A stretch of 64,000 bases of DNA, taken from contig JBBQQR010000004.1 in the NCBI GenBank assembly GCA_038215615.1, positions 1 through 64,000 of the forward strand. Direction: 5' to 3'. Each line of letters begins with the position of its first letter. Positions within the stretch are counted from its first letter, which is position 1. Under the pieces are notes generated by a model. The model searched no databases and was not told the DNA's origin. It saw only the letters and a list, made by a program, of their open reading frames with translations. Shown piece by piece: positions 51,016 through 59,670 of this stretch. The DNA is from Vulcanimicrobiales bacterium. Lineage in GTDB: Bacteria; Vulcanimicrobiota; Vulcanimicrobiia; Vulcanimicrobiales; Vulcanimicrobiaceae. A program made the translations under genes and the position numbers.

Positions 51016-51496
51016 CTTCTATCGTCACTTTCGTCATCTTGTCGCCGCGGCGGATCCCGTCGAGCGTTTCGAATCCGTCGGTCAGTTGCCCGAAGACCGT
51101 GTACTGCTTGTCGAGAAAACGCGCGTCGCCCAAGCAGATGTAAAACTGAGAGCCGGCCGAGTCCGGCGACGATGCACGCGCCATCGCGACGGTGCCGCGC
51201 ACGTGCGGACGGTCGTTGAATTCCGCCTTCAAGTTGTAACCCGGGCCGCCGGTGCCATCGCCCTGCGGATCGCCGCCTTGAATCACAAAGCCCGGCTCGA
51301 CGCGGTGGAAAGCGGTGCCGTCGTAAAATCCGGCGCCGGCGAGTTTGATAAACGCGGCGCAATGCTGCGGCGCATCGTCGGGATAAAAAGAAAAGACCAT
51401 ATCGCCCTTGGGCGTGCTGATCCGCGCGACCGACGTGCGCGCTTGAGCGACCAATGTGCCGAGCTCTTCGCCCGTGGGTGCGGTTTGCGTTGCCAT
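51005..51496 (-). CDS. Cyclophilin-type peptidyl-prolyl isomerase
   Basis: FYDG..FHRV.PGFVIQGGDP, GTVAMAR, SAGSQFYI, YTVFG. Confidence 0.95.
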   Translation of the reverse strand: MATQTAPTGEELGTLVAQARTSVARISTPKGDMVFSFYPDDAPQHCAAFIKLAGAGFYDGTAFHRVEPGFVIQGGDPQGDGTGGPGYNLKAEFNDRPHVRGTVAMARASSPDSAGSQFYICLGDARFLDKQYTVFGQLTDGFETLDGIRRGDKMTKVTIEAIA

Positions 51497-51769
51497 TTAG
51501 CGCGTTTTGTGCAGCGGGACTCCGAAGGCCTGGCCCTGCGCGAGGGCCGCGAGTTTTTCTCCGCGGCTCAGTTGCTTGAAGCGGGCCTCCAAACTCTTGG
51601 CGTGCGACGCATCGTCGGCTTGCATCCAGCCGACCAGACGCACGGGCAGGCGGGAGCGCGTGTATTTGGCGGCGCGGCCGTCGAGATGCAACTGCACCCT
51701 CCGGTCGAGGTTATCCGTCCAGCCGGTGTAGAGCGAGCCGTCCCGGCAAGAGAGAATGTAGACGAACAT
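51497..51769 (-). CDS. GIY-YIG nuclease (UPF0213/YazA-like)
   Basis: FVYIL.C.DGSLYTGWT, AKYTRSRLPV. Confidence 0.92.
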   Translation of the reverse strand: MFVYILSCRDGSLYTGWTDNLDRRVQLHLDGRAAKYTRSRLPVRLVGWMQADDASHAKSLEARFKQLSRGEKLAALAQGQAFGVPLHKTR

Positions 51770-51776
51770 ATTTTCG
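51763..51776. promoter_or_regulatory. Probable LexA/SOS box overlapping the GIY-YIG start codon
   Basis: CGAACATATTTTCG, one mismatch to CGAAC-N4-GTTCG. Confidence 0.55.
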
Positions 51777-51789
51777 TGAAGGCACTTTC

Positions 51790-53124
51790 ATGAACGTTGC
51801 CCGCATTCTTTCCGTGAGCGCGATCCTCGCGCTGAGCGTTGCCTCCGCTTCCGCCAGGCCTGCCGTTGATCCACGCATCACAGCGATGGTCCAGGCGGTC
51901 TCCGCTTCGGACCTACGAGCGTATGACATGCGCCTGGTGGACTTTTACACACGCAACGATTTTTCGGAGGACATGAACTCGCCGACGAGGGGCGTCTTTG
52001 CGGCACGCGACTGGATCAAAGCGCAGTTCGACGCTGCGGCGGCAAAGAGCGGCGGACGAATGACAGTTGCCCTCGATACCTATCTGCAAGACAAGACGCC
52101 GCGCACGCCACGTGCCGTCACTGAATCGAGCATCATCGCGACGCTGCGCGGCGACGAGCCGGGTCCGACGTATGTGATGTCCAGCCACTACGACGACTGC
52201 GACGGCGATTGTACCGACGGCCGTGGCTTCGCGCCCGGCGCCGACGATAACGGTTCGGGCGCTTCTGCCGTGATGGAAGCGGCCAAGGTTATGGCATCTG
52301 GGCAGTTTCACGGCACCATCATCTTTGCCGTCTTCGATGGTGAGGAACTCAATCTGTGGGGCTCCGATCATTTCGCGCGCGAGCTAAAAGCCGCCCAGAC
52401 GAACGTCATCGCGGATCTCAACAACGACATCATCGGTACCTCGAATGCTCCGGCCGGATCGCCCGACCGGCATACGGTCCGCGTCTTCAGCCAGGGCATT
52501 CCCGATGATGCGAAGGTCAGCGCCGTTGACGCAGCCGGTTCCGAAAACGACTCGCCGTCGCGCGAGATTGCGCGCTTCGTCAAGAATGTCTCCGAACAGT
52601 ACGTCGCTCCGATGACCGCGACGCTGATCTACCGCGCCGACCGGTTCCGCCGCGGCGGCGACCAGGAGTCGTTCACCGCGCAAGGTTTTCCGGCGATCCG
52701 CTTCGTCGAAATCCATGAAGTCTATCAGCATCAGCATCAAAACGTGCGCGTCGAAAATGGCGTGCAGTACGGCGACTTACCGCAATACAACGATTGGAAC
52801 TACCTCGCTAACGTCACGCGCATGAACGTCGCGGCGCTGGCGGCCCTCGCGCTCGGACCGGACCAGCCGGGCACGGCGCAGATCATGATCGATCGGCTAA
52901 CCAACGATTCGACGCTGCGCTGGAAACCAGCCGCGCGCGCAGCGAGCTATGAAATCGTCTGGCGCGACACAACCGCGCCGCTGTGGCAGCACGCAAAAAA
53001 CGTCGGCAACGTCACTCAAGCGACGGTCCCGGTTAGCAAAGACAACTACATTCTGGGCGTGCGTTCAGTGGACGCGAACGGATTAGTCAGCCCGGCAGTT
53101 TATCCGGCAGCGGTGCGGCAGTAG
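51790..53124 (+). CDS. Secreted M28 family metallopeptidase
   Basis: Signal peptide; SHYD, APGADDNGSG, GEELNLWGS, NNDIIG, RGGD..SF. Confidence 0.92.
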   Translation: MNVARILSVSAILALSVASASARPAVDPRITAMVQAVSASDLRAYDMRLVDFYTRNDFSEDMNSPTRGVFAARDWIKAQFDAAAAKSGGRMTVALDTYLQDKTPRTPRAVTESSIIATLRGDEPGPTYVMSSHYDDCDGDCTDGRGFAPGADDNGSGASAVMEAAKVMASGQFHGTIIFAVFDGEELNLWGSDHFARELKAAQTNVIADLNNDIIGTSNAPAGSPDRHTVRVFSQGIPDDAKVSAVDAAGSENDSPSREIARFVKNVSEQYVAPMTATLIYRADRFRRGGDQESFTAQGFPAIRFVEIHEVYQHQHQNVRVENGVQYGDLPQYNDWNYLANVTRMNVAALAALALGPDQPGTAQIMIDRLTNDSTLRWKPAARAASYEIVWRDTTAPLWQHAKNVGNVTQATVPVSKDNYILGVRSVDANGLVSPAVYPAAVRQ

Positions 53125-53162
53125 AAATTTCGGCCTCCACGGAAGCGAGCGAGAACGTCTTG

Positions 53163-53609
53163 CTATCTCGGAGGTGTGAATGAAGGCAGCATAAATGCGG
53201 CAGCTCGCTCAGCGCTCGATACGCTGTACGTCAAGTCGGAAAACGAGTAGGCCGGGAAGTAGTCGCCTTGCGTCATCGGGCGCGAGCGCACGTCGGTTAG
53301 GACGGTGTAACCGTTGGACGTCCGGCAGTTCCGTCGGGCGCAGCCAATGGCGTGCGCTGACGACCGAGAGGTCCTTGTAATCGATGACGAATGATTTTTC
53401 AGAAAGAAATTGGACGGCTTTCCGGCCAGCGGCCGGTACTCGTCGTAGCCCCACGCGATGTACTTATATCCGTGCCAGGCGTGCAAAAACTCATCGCGCA
53501 CCCGTGCCGCGATCGCTTTTGGCGATGGCATTGACGGGGAGAGCGCGGCGAGCTCTGTGGGCATCAGCGTCGCAGCTGCGGTCGTAGTGAGAAAACTGCG
53601 GCGTCTCAT
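53163..53609 (-). pseudogene. GH47 alpha-1,2-mannosidase remnant (Tat-exported), internally deleted
   Basis: MRRRSFL Tat motif; VRDEFLHAWHGYKYIAWGYDEYRP; then C-terminal fragments IDYKDLSVVSARHWLRP (other frame) and NCRTSNGYTVLTDV..PMTQGD. Confidence 0.75.
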
Positions 53610-53639
53610 TACGGGCTCTCGGACAGGCTCACCATGACA

Positions 53640-54899
53640 CTATAGGCCAACCACGCCCGCTAACGAGTGGTCCATCGCGGCGAGCGTTTCGTCGACATCG
53701 GTCTGGGTGTGCGCGGTCGAAAGAAACATCACTTCGTTTTGCGAGGGCGGCAGCAAGATGCGGCGTTCGAGCATGGCGCGATAGTACGCTGCGTAACGTT
53801 CAGAATCGCTTCCGCGCGCGTCACCATAATTACTGACCGGCGGCCCGTTGAGGAACATGAAATCGACGATCGATTCGTATTGCACCACGCTGTAGAGGAG
53901 TTGGCGCCGCGCGAACATCTCGCGAATCCCAGCCGCGAGCCGTTGCGCCAACCCGCGCACGCGAGTGAAATATTCGGGATGCGCCTCGAGTTCGTCGAGC
54001 ACCCGGTGCGCGACCGCAATAGCAAACGGATTGCCCGCGTGGGTGCCGCCCGTAAAGACCGGCCCGTCCGGCGCGAGTACTCCCATCACGTCTTCGCGCC
54101 CGCCGAATGCCGCGATCGGAAACCCGCCGCCCAGCACCTTGCCGATCGCGGTGAGGTCGGGCTTTATGCCGTATGCCGCTTGTGCTCCGCCCATACCGGC
54201 GCGCGGCCACGTGATAATCTCATCGAAGACCAGCAGCGCGCCGGCATCATTCGCGCGCGCGCGCAAATCTTTCAAAAATTCCATGCGCGCCGGGACCAAG
54301 CCCATGTTCGCGCAGACCGGCTCGACGACGATCGCCGCAAGTTCGTGCTCGCGACCGCGCAGCACGCGCGTCACGCTTTCGCTCTCGTTGTACCGCGCGA
54401 CGGCGACGTCTTGCATCACGCCTGCGGGAATGCCGCTGCGTCCCGTCTCCGGCGTCTGCGCCGATGCGCCCGCGTCGAAAAGCGCAGCGTCGAAGTGTCC
54501 GTGGTAGTTTCCGGAAAATCGCACGATGAGGTTGCGGCGAGTGAAAGCGCGCGCCACGCGAATCGCACTCATCATCGCTTCGCTGCCGGTCGTCGTGAAA
54601 CGCACCCGTTCCATCGTGGGAATCCGTGCGCGGATGCGCTGCGCCAGCCGCTCTTCTTCGGCGTGCGTCGATCCGAAAAGGACGCCGCGCGCAGCGAGCT
54701 GGTCGAGCCCGGCCGTCAGCGCGGAATGGTTGTATCCGAAAAAAAGCGGGCCGTAGCCCATGATGTAGTCGATGTACCGTTCGCCGTTCTCATCAAACGC
54801 ATACGCGCCGTCGCCGCGGCTCTGTACGAACGGCTTTTCACCAACGGACCAGCCCGAGCGCACCGGCGAGCTGCATCCGCCCGCGAGCGTGTTTTGCAC
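53640..54899 (-). CDS. hemL: Glutamate-1-semialdehyde 2,1-aminomutase
   Basis: GGCSSPVR, YIDYIMGYGP, YHGH, VEPV.ANMG, FDEI.T, GKVLGGGFP. Confidence 0.85.
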   Translation of the reverse strand: MQNTLAGGCSSPVRSGWSVGEKPFVQSRGDGAYAFDENGERYIDYIMGYGPLFFGYNHSALTAGLDQLAARGVLFGSTHAEEERLAQRIRARIPTMERVRFTTTGSEAMMSAIRVARAFTRRNLIVRFSGNYHGHFDAALFDAGASAQTPETGRSGIPAGVMQDVAVARYNESESVTRVLRGREHELAAIVVEPVCANMGLVPARMEFLKDLRARANDAGALLVFDEIITWPRAGMGGAQAAYGIKPDLTAIGKVLGGGFPIAAFGGREDVMGVLAPDGPVFTGGTHAGNPFAIAVAHRVLDELEAHPEYFTRVRGLAQRLAAGIREMFARRQLLYSVVQYESIVDFMFLNGPPVSNYGDARGSDSERYAAYYRAMLERRILLPPSQNEVMFLSTAHTQTDVDETLAAMDHSLAGVVGL

Positions 54900-55739
54900 T
54901 TACACCTGCGCGAGGTGCTTCGAGAAAAACCCTTGGAGCTCGTTGAGCGCGCGTTCGACTTCGAACGGCAGGACGCGCGCACCGTCGGCGTGCGCTTGCG
55001 CGTTGCCGGCATAGCAGCGGTCGCCATACGCTGCCAGCGCAAACCGCGGGCGTCCCAGCTGCTTTGCAAAACGCATCGTGAGCATAGCGCCGCCGTCGGT
55101 TTCGCTGGCAATCAGCACGACCGCACGCGCGTGCGCCGCTTGCAGGCGGTCGCGATGCGCGAGTGTGGATTTCGTCGCGCCCTCCCCCGGAAGGCGCTCG
55201 CTCACAACCGCGCCGCCGTTGCCGACAATCTCCTCTTCCAGCGCGCGGTGCTCCGGCGGATAGGTTACGCCGAGTCCCGTTCCCACAAAAGCGACGGTCG
55301 GAATACCGGCATCGAGTGCGCCGCGATGCGCCGCGGCGTCGATTCCCAGAGCCAGACCGCTGACGATGGGCTCGCCGAGGCGGCCCGAAAACTCACGGGC
55401 AAACCGCCGCGCCTGTTCGGGCGGCGTGCGGGTGCCGATCACGGCCACGCCGCGGGCCGGTAGATTTCCACGCACGCTCAAGAACGCGGGCGGATCGTCC
55501 AGATCGCGCAAACTTTCGGGATAACGCGTGTCCGCGATCGTGACGAAAGATGCTCCCAAAGCAGCCAGCGTATGCGAAGCCTCGCGGGCCTGGCGCCGGG
55601 CGTGCGCAACGCGGCGACCCGAATCCGATTCCAGCCACTCCTTTAATGAGGAATCTTCCCCGCGCGCGAGCGACCGCAGGCGGCGCGATGGAACATGCAT
55701 GTAGGCCGCCGTAAGCAAGGCGAGCTGCTCGTGCGACAT
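54900..55739 (-). CDS. dprA: DNA-processing protein DprA/Smf (short form)
   Basis: YP..L..L.DPP..L.VRG, IGTR, VSGLALGIDAAAH.GAL, YPPEH. Confidence 0.9.
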   Translation of the reverse strand: MSHEQLALLTAAYMHVPSRRLRSLARGEDSSLKEWLESDSGRRVAHARRQAREASHTLAALGASFVTIADTRYPESLRDLDDPPAFLSVRGNLPARGVAVIGTRTPPEQARRFAREFSGRLGEPIVSGLALGIDAAAHRGALDAGIPTVAFVGTGLGVTYPPEHRALEEEIVGNGGAVVSERLPGEGATKSTLAHRDRLQAAHARAVVLIASETDGGAMLTMRFAKQLGRPRFALAAYGDRCYAGNAQAHADGARVLPFEVERALNELQGFFSKHLAQV

Positions 55740-55783
55740 CTCTCGCATAAGACCGGGGGCTTCGGAACGCGAACCCCCCGACC

Positions 55784-56881
55784 ATGCCGCACCTCGAAAT
55801 GGCGATCGGGCCGCAGAGTAACATCGCCGAATTGGTCCGTGATCTGCCTATCGCGGCCGAGGTTCTCGGCAAGTTCGGCCTGCACTGCGCCGGCTGCGGC
55901 GTCAACAAATACGAGACGATCGAGCAAGGTGCCAAAGCCCACGGCCTGCGGATAGAACCCATCATCGCCGCCCTCGTGCAGGCGCGGCTCTCGGGTTTTG
56001 TCCCGAGCATCAGCAACGAAGATCGCATTCCGCTGCGCCGCGCGCCGGGCGAATTCAAACGGCACGGCAAGATCGCGCACGTTGTGCCGATCATGTCGGG
56101 CAAAGGCGGCGTCGGTAAATCGCTGGTCACCGCGCTCATCGCGCTCGGGTTGCGCCGGCGGAATCTTCGCGTCGGTATTCTCGACGCCGACATCACCGGG
56201 CCGTCCATTCCAAAACTCTTTGGTCTGCGCACGCCGCTATTGCTCGAAGTCGATCCCAACGCTAAGGCCGCTCCGCAAGGCGGGAACGCGCCGCCGCTCA
56301 TGGTGCCCGCGCAATCGCGTACTGCAATCGAAATCGTCAGTTCGAATCTGCTCACCGATCAAGAAGACACCGCGATGATCTGGCGCGGTCCGATTCTCTC
56401 GGGCGTGATCAGGCAATTTTACGAGCAAGTGCTGTGGAGCGATCTGGACTATTTGCTGATCGATCTTCCGCCGGGAACCTCGGACGCACCGCTTACGATT
56501 TTACAGTCGCTCGCGATCGACGGCGTCATCCTGGTTACCATGCCGCAAGCGCTCGCGACGATGATCGTGCGTAAGGCGGCCAATCTGGTTCACCAGTTGA
56601 AGAAACCCATACTCGGCGTGGTCGAAAACATGTCGTACTTCATCGCGCCCGACACGGGAACCAAGTACGAAATCTTCGGGCCGTCCTACGCCGAGCGCGT
56701 GGCCGAACTCGCGAAGGCGCCGCTGCTCGCGCGCATTCCCATCGATCCGGAAAAGGCGCGGCTCGCCGACGAAGGGCGCGTCGAAGAGATCGACGATCCG
56801 ATCTGCGATCGGCTCGCCGGCGCGTTGCTGGACGCGATCGAAGCGCATCCCAAGCCGAAGGAAACGATCTCGATTATTTAG
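55784..56881 (+). CDS. Mrp/ApbC (NBP35) P-loop ATPase with N-terminal DUF1858-like domain
   Basis: MSGKGGVGKS, DADITGPS, WRGP, IDLPPGTSD, VVENMS. N-terminus EVL.KFGLHCAGC...ETIEQGAKAHG. Confidence 0.9.
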   Translation: MPHLEMAIGPQSNIAELVRDLPIAAEVLGKFGLHCAGCGVNKYETIEQGAKAHGLRIEPIIAALVQARLSGFVPSISNEDRIPLRRAPGEFKRHGKIAHVVPIMSGKGGVGKSLVTALIALGLRRRNLRVGILDADITGPSIPKLFGLRTPLLLEVDPNAKAAPQGGNAPPLMVPAQSRTAIEIVSSNLLTDQEDTAMIWRGPILSGVIRQFYEQVLWSDLDYLLIDLPPGTSDAPLTILQSLAIDGVILVTMPQALATMIVRKAANLVHQLKKPILGVVENMSYFIAPDTGTKYEIFGPSYAERVAELAKAPLLARIPIDPEKARLADEGRVEEIDDPICDRLAGALLDAIEAHPKPKETISII

Positions 56882-57087
56882 ACGCGCACGCGGCGCACGA
56901 TCGTGACCGGCTCTGGAATCGGATCGCCATCCTCGCGCATGCCATCCACATGGAGTTTGATCGCACCCCGAATGAGCGCTTCGGTTTCCGCTGCAGTTTT
57001 CGCAGCCGCTACGCATCCTGGAAGATCCGGGACGTAGGCACTGTAGCCGGTTCTCGATTTTTCAATAATGACCGAATATTCAAACAT
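56878..57087 (-). CDS. hicB: HicB-family antitoxin
   Basis: Y.VIIEK...GYSAYVPDLPGC....T..E....IR.AI..H...MREDG.PIPEP. Confidence 0.9.
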   Translation of the reverse strand: MFEYSVIIEKSRTGYSAYVPDLPGCVAAAKTAAETEALIRGAIKLHVDGMREDGDPIPEPVTIVRRVRV

Positions 57088-57139
57088 CGTGCTTGCCTTC
57101 TTCAATCGAGTGAGCCTGTCGCCTAATGGACTTCCAGGC
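57080..57139 (-). pseudogene. Possible 3' remnant of a hicA toxin gene
   Basis: AWKSIRRQA resembles the HicA C-terminal helix (TL.SIL.QA); its stop overlaps the hicB start region; no room for an intact gene. Confidence 0.4.
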
Positions 57140-57176
57140 CGGTCGACTCGGCTCCTCAGCTCCGCGCCCAGAGGAG

Positions 57177-58154
57177 CTAGGGGGTTTTTGCGGCTGAAGT
57201 GACCGCGTTAATGACCTGGGGCGCGACGGGCAATGTGGGATTTGTATAGCCGGCAATGATTGCGGCTCGACTCGAAACGTCGGGCGAAATCTTTAGTACG
57301 TGATTCATCCCCGGCACGACGACGAGGCTCGCGCTCCGATCGCCACTCTTGAGCGCTTGCGCATCCGCCATCGTCACCTGAACATCCGCGGTTCCTTGCA
57401 CGATTGTCGCCGGGATTTTCAGCTTCGCTATCTCTTTGGCGGGATCGTACTTGAACCACGAGATCAGGTAGGGCTGCAGCGAAGGGTGGAAAAGCGATTG
57501 GAGCTCGGCGGGCAGCGCGCCGGTGTAAATGGTTCCCGCATTCAGCTGCGCGATGATCGTGTCGGCTTGCGCCAAGAGCGCGGGTGTCAGCGCCGGACGC
57601 AGCTGCTCGCGTATGACCGTGGAAGCCGGGCGGCCGGCGCCCTCGAGCGAAACATAAGCCGCCACCGCGCCACGCTGTGCGGCAATCATCCCGATCAGCG
57701 AACCTTCGCTGTGGCCCGCGATGCTAATATGCGAAACCCGCCGGTCACGCGCGAGCAGGTCTACCCAGCCCGCCGCATCGTCGACGTAGGTATCAAAACG
57801 AAGATCTTTTTCAGCGGTCATCGCAGCGGCGCTCGCCGCAATGCCGCGCTTATCGAAACGGAGCGATGCAATGCCGCGCGACGCCAGCGCCGAGGCAAGA
57901 AGCTTCAACGCGTCGTTCTTCCCCGGGAGCAACGGGTTGTTGCCGTCGCGGTCGGTCGGGCCCGAACCCGCGATCAGCAGCACGACCGGCGACACTTTTG
58001 CACGTGCCGGCAACATGAGGGTTCCGAAGATCGATCCGGTTGCCGTATGCAACACCATATCTGATTCGGCCGCATAAGCGTGCAGCGGCAGCGCGCAAGC
58101 GGCGGCCGCGCCGCCTGTCATTGCAAGAAAGCTAGACCGGTCGATCTTCTGCAT
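57177..58154 (-). CDS. Exported alpha/beta hydrolase
   Basis: Tat-like DRSSFL signal; LIAGSGPTDRDGN, RFDKRG, GHSEG, GMNH. Confidence 0.88.
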   Translation of the reverse strand: MQKIDRSSFLAMTGGAAAACALPLHAYAAESDMVLHTATGSIFGTLMLPARAKVSPVVLLIAGSGPTDRDGNNPLLPGKNDALKLLASALASRGIASLRFDKRGIAASAAAMTAEKDLRFDTYVDDAAGWVDLLARDRRVSHISIAGHSEGSLIGMIAAQRGAVAAYVSLEGAGRPASTVIREQLRPALTPALLAQADTIIAQLNAGTIYTGALPAELQSLFHPSLQPYLISWFKYDPAKEIAKLKIPATIVQGTADVQVTMADAQALKSGDRSASLVVVPGMNHVLKISPDVSSRAAIIAGYTNPTLPVAPQVINAVTSAAKTP

Positions 58155-59670
58155 AAACGATCTCTCCGTCACGCCAAGTGGACAAAACGCGGCAGTCTGT
58201 AAACGGCGCGCCGTCAAGCGGATCGGCGTCGAGCATGACGAGATCCGCAGCGTATCCTTCGTCGAGCAGGCCCGTGCGCATTTCCGCGTGGCCCAGCCGC
58301 GCCGCATTGTAAGTGTACATCGTCAGGGCGGATTCGGGCGAAAGACGCTCGCCCTCCTCGTGATGCAAAGCCGCCGCTTGCATGCCCTGGAGAGGATCCA
58401 AGTCGCAGACCGGACTGTCGTCTCCGCCGCAGAGAACACCGCCGGCGCGTTCGATGCGGCGCAGCGCGTTCATGGAACGCATGCGCGGAGTTCCCAAACG
58501 CTGCTCGTACATTCCACCCGCTCCGCCCCAGAGCAAATCGAACTGCGGCTGCATCGAAAGGTAGATGCCCAGGCGCGCGCAGCGTTCGATATGATCGTCG
58601 CGCGCGATCTCGAAATGTTCGATGAAGTGCCGGCAGCCGCTTTCGCTGGGCCGTCCGTTCAAGACGCGCTCCCACGCGACAATCGCCTGTTCGATCGCGC
58701 GATCGCCGATGGCGTGCACGCCGGCAGAAATGCCCAGGACTTCCGCGGTCGAAAAATACTCAAACACTCGCGCGTCGGTGTAGCGAAGATCGCCGCAGCC
58801 GGTTTCTTTCCCATCGGAAAGAAACGGCCGGCTGACCGCCGCGCTGCAGCTGCCGATCGAGCCGTCCAAAAATACATCGCCGCCGATAAACGGCAAACCC
58901 AGCTCTTTGGCGAGCTGCGGATCGGGCTCGCAGATTTTCGGGTACCATTTCGCTCCTGGCAGATCGCGCAGCGCTGCGATCTCGGCTGCGTACTCCTCGC
59001 GCGCAAAACCGACGAACTGCGCGTGCAAATGGAGACAGCCGCGCGACAGAGCCAGCGCCGCCGCCCGCGATTCTGCCGCTCGCTTCGCCGCGTGCGGCAG
59101 GGCTGCCATAAACGCCGATTGCGCGCGCCAGTTGGCTTCGAGAAAAAGTTTTCCACTCGGCTGTCCGGCGGCATTTTTCTCAATGCCGGTCGTTTGTGCG
59201 GGCAGATTGAGCCACGCAAACGTCTTGCGGTTGACGACACACGAATGTCCGTCAATGCGAACCAGCATCGCAAACGTATCAGTAAATTCGACCTCAAGCG
59301 GCGCGGCATCCGCAGCGCGGCCATCGCTCCACGCGCTTTCGTCATACTGACCGGCGAGCACGTAGCTTTCGCGGGGTAGGCCGCGCACCGCAGCCGCAAA
59401 TTCGTTATATGACCGCACCGCGCCGAAGTGCCGGGCGCCGGTAAAATACCCGGTGTCGGTGAGATGCACGTGACAATCCGCGAAAGCCGGCAAGATCGTC
59501 GCGCCGCCCAGATCGATTGACGCAACGCCGGCCCCGGCATCGGCCGGTTCCAGCGAGACAATGCGGCCATTTTGCACTACGACGCCTTCGTGCCGGGAGT
59601 ACGTACGCGCGCGCGGATCGTAGCGGTAGGCGCGCGCGTTTTTTAAGACGAGGGCCGAGTCGAGAGCCAA
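58132..59670 (-). CDS. Amidohydrolase family 3 (YtcJ-like)
   Basis: DLGG.TILP.F.D.HVH, DGSIGS, HAIGDRA, IEH, MQPQF, ADLV.LD. Confidence 0.9.
   Translation of the reverse strand: MALDSALVLKNARAYRYDPRARTYSRHEGVVVQNGRIVSLEPADAGAGVASIDLGGATILPAFADCHVHLTDTGYFTGARHFGAVRSYNEFAAAVRGLPRESYVLAGQYDESAWSDGRAADAAPLEVEFTDTFAMLVRIDGHSCVVNRKTFAWLNLPAQTTGIEKNAAGQPSGKLFLEANWRAQSAFMAALPHAAKRAAESRAAALALSRGCLHLHAQFVGFAREEYAAEIAALRDLPGAKWYPKICEPDPQLAKELGLPFIGGDVFLDGSIGSCSAAVSRPFLSDGKETGCGDLRYTDARVFEYFSTAEVLGISAGVHAIGDRAIEQAIVAWERVLNGRPSESGCRHFIEHFEIARDDHIERCARLGIYLSMQPQFDLLWGGAGGMYEQRLGTPRMRSMNALRRIERAGGVLCGGDDSPVCDLDPLQGMQAAALHHEEGERLSPESALTMYTYNAARLGHAEMRTGLLDEGYAADLVMLDADPLDGAPFTDCRVLSTWRDGEIVYAEDRPV

Noticed and set aside
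51497..51769. GIY-YIG gene as mobiliser of the palindromic repeats
   Set aside because: It looks like the housekeeping UPF0213 type and is not flanked by repeat copies.
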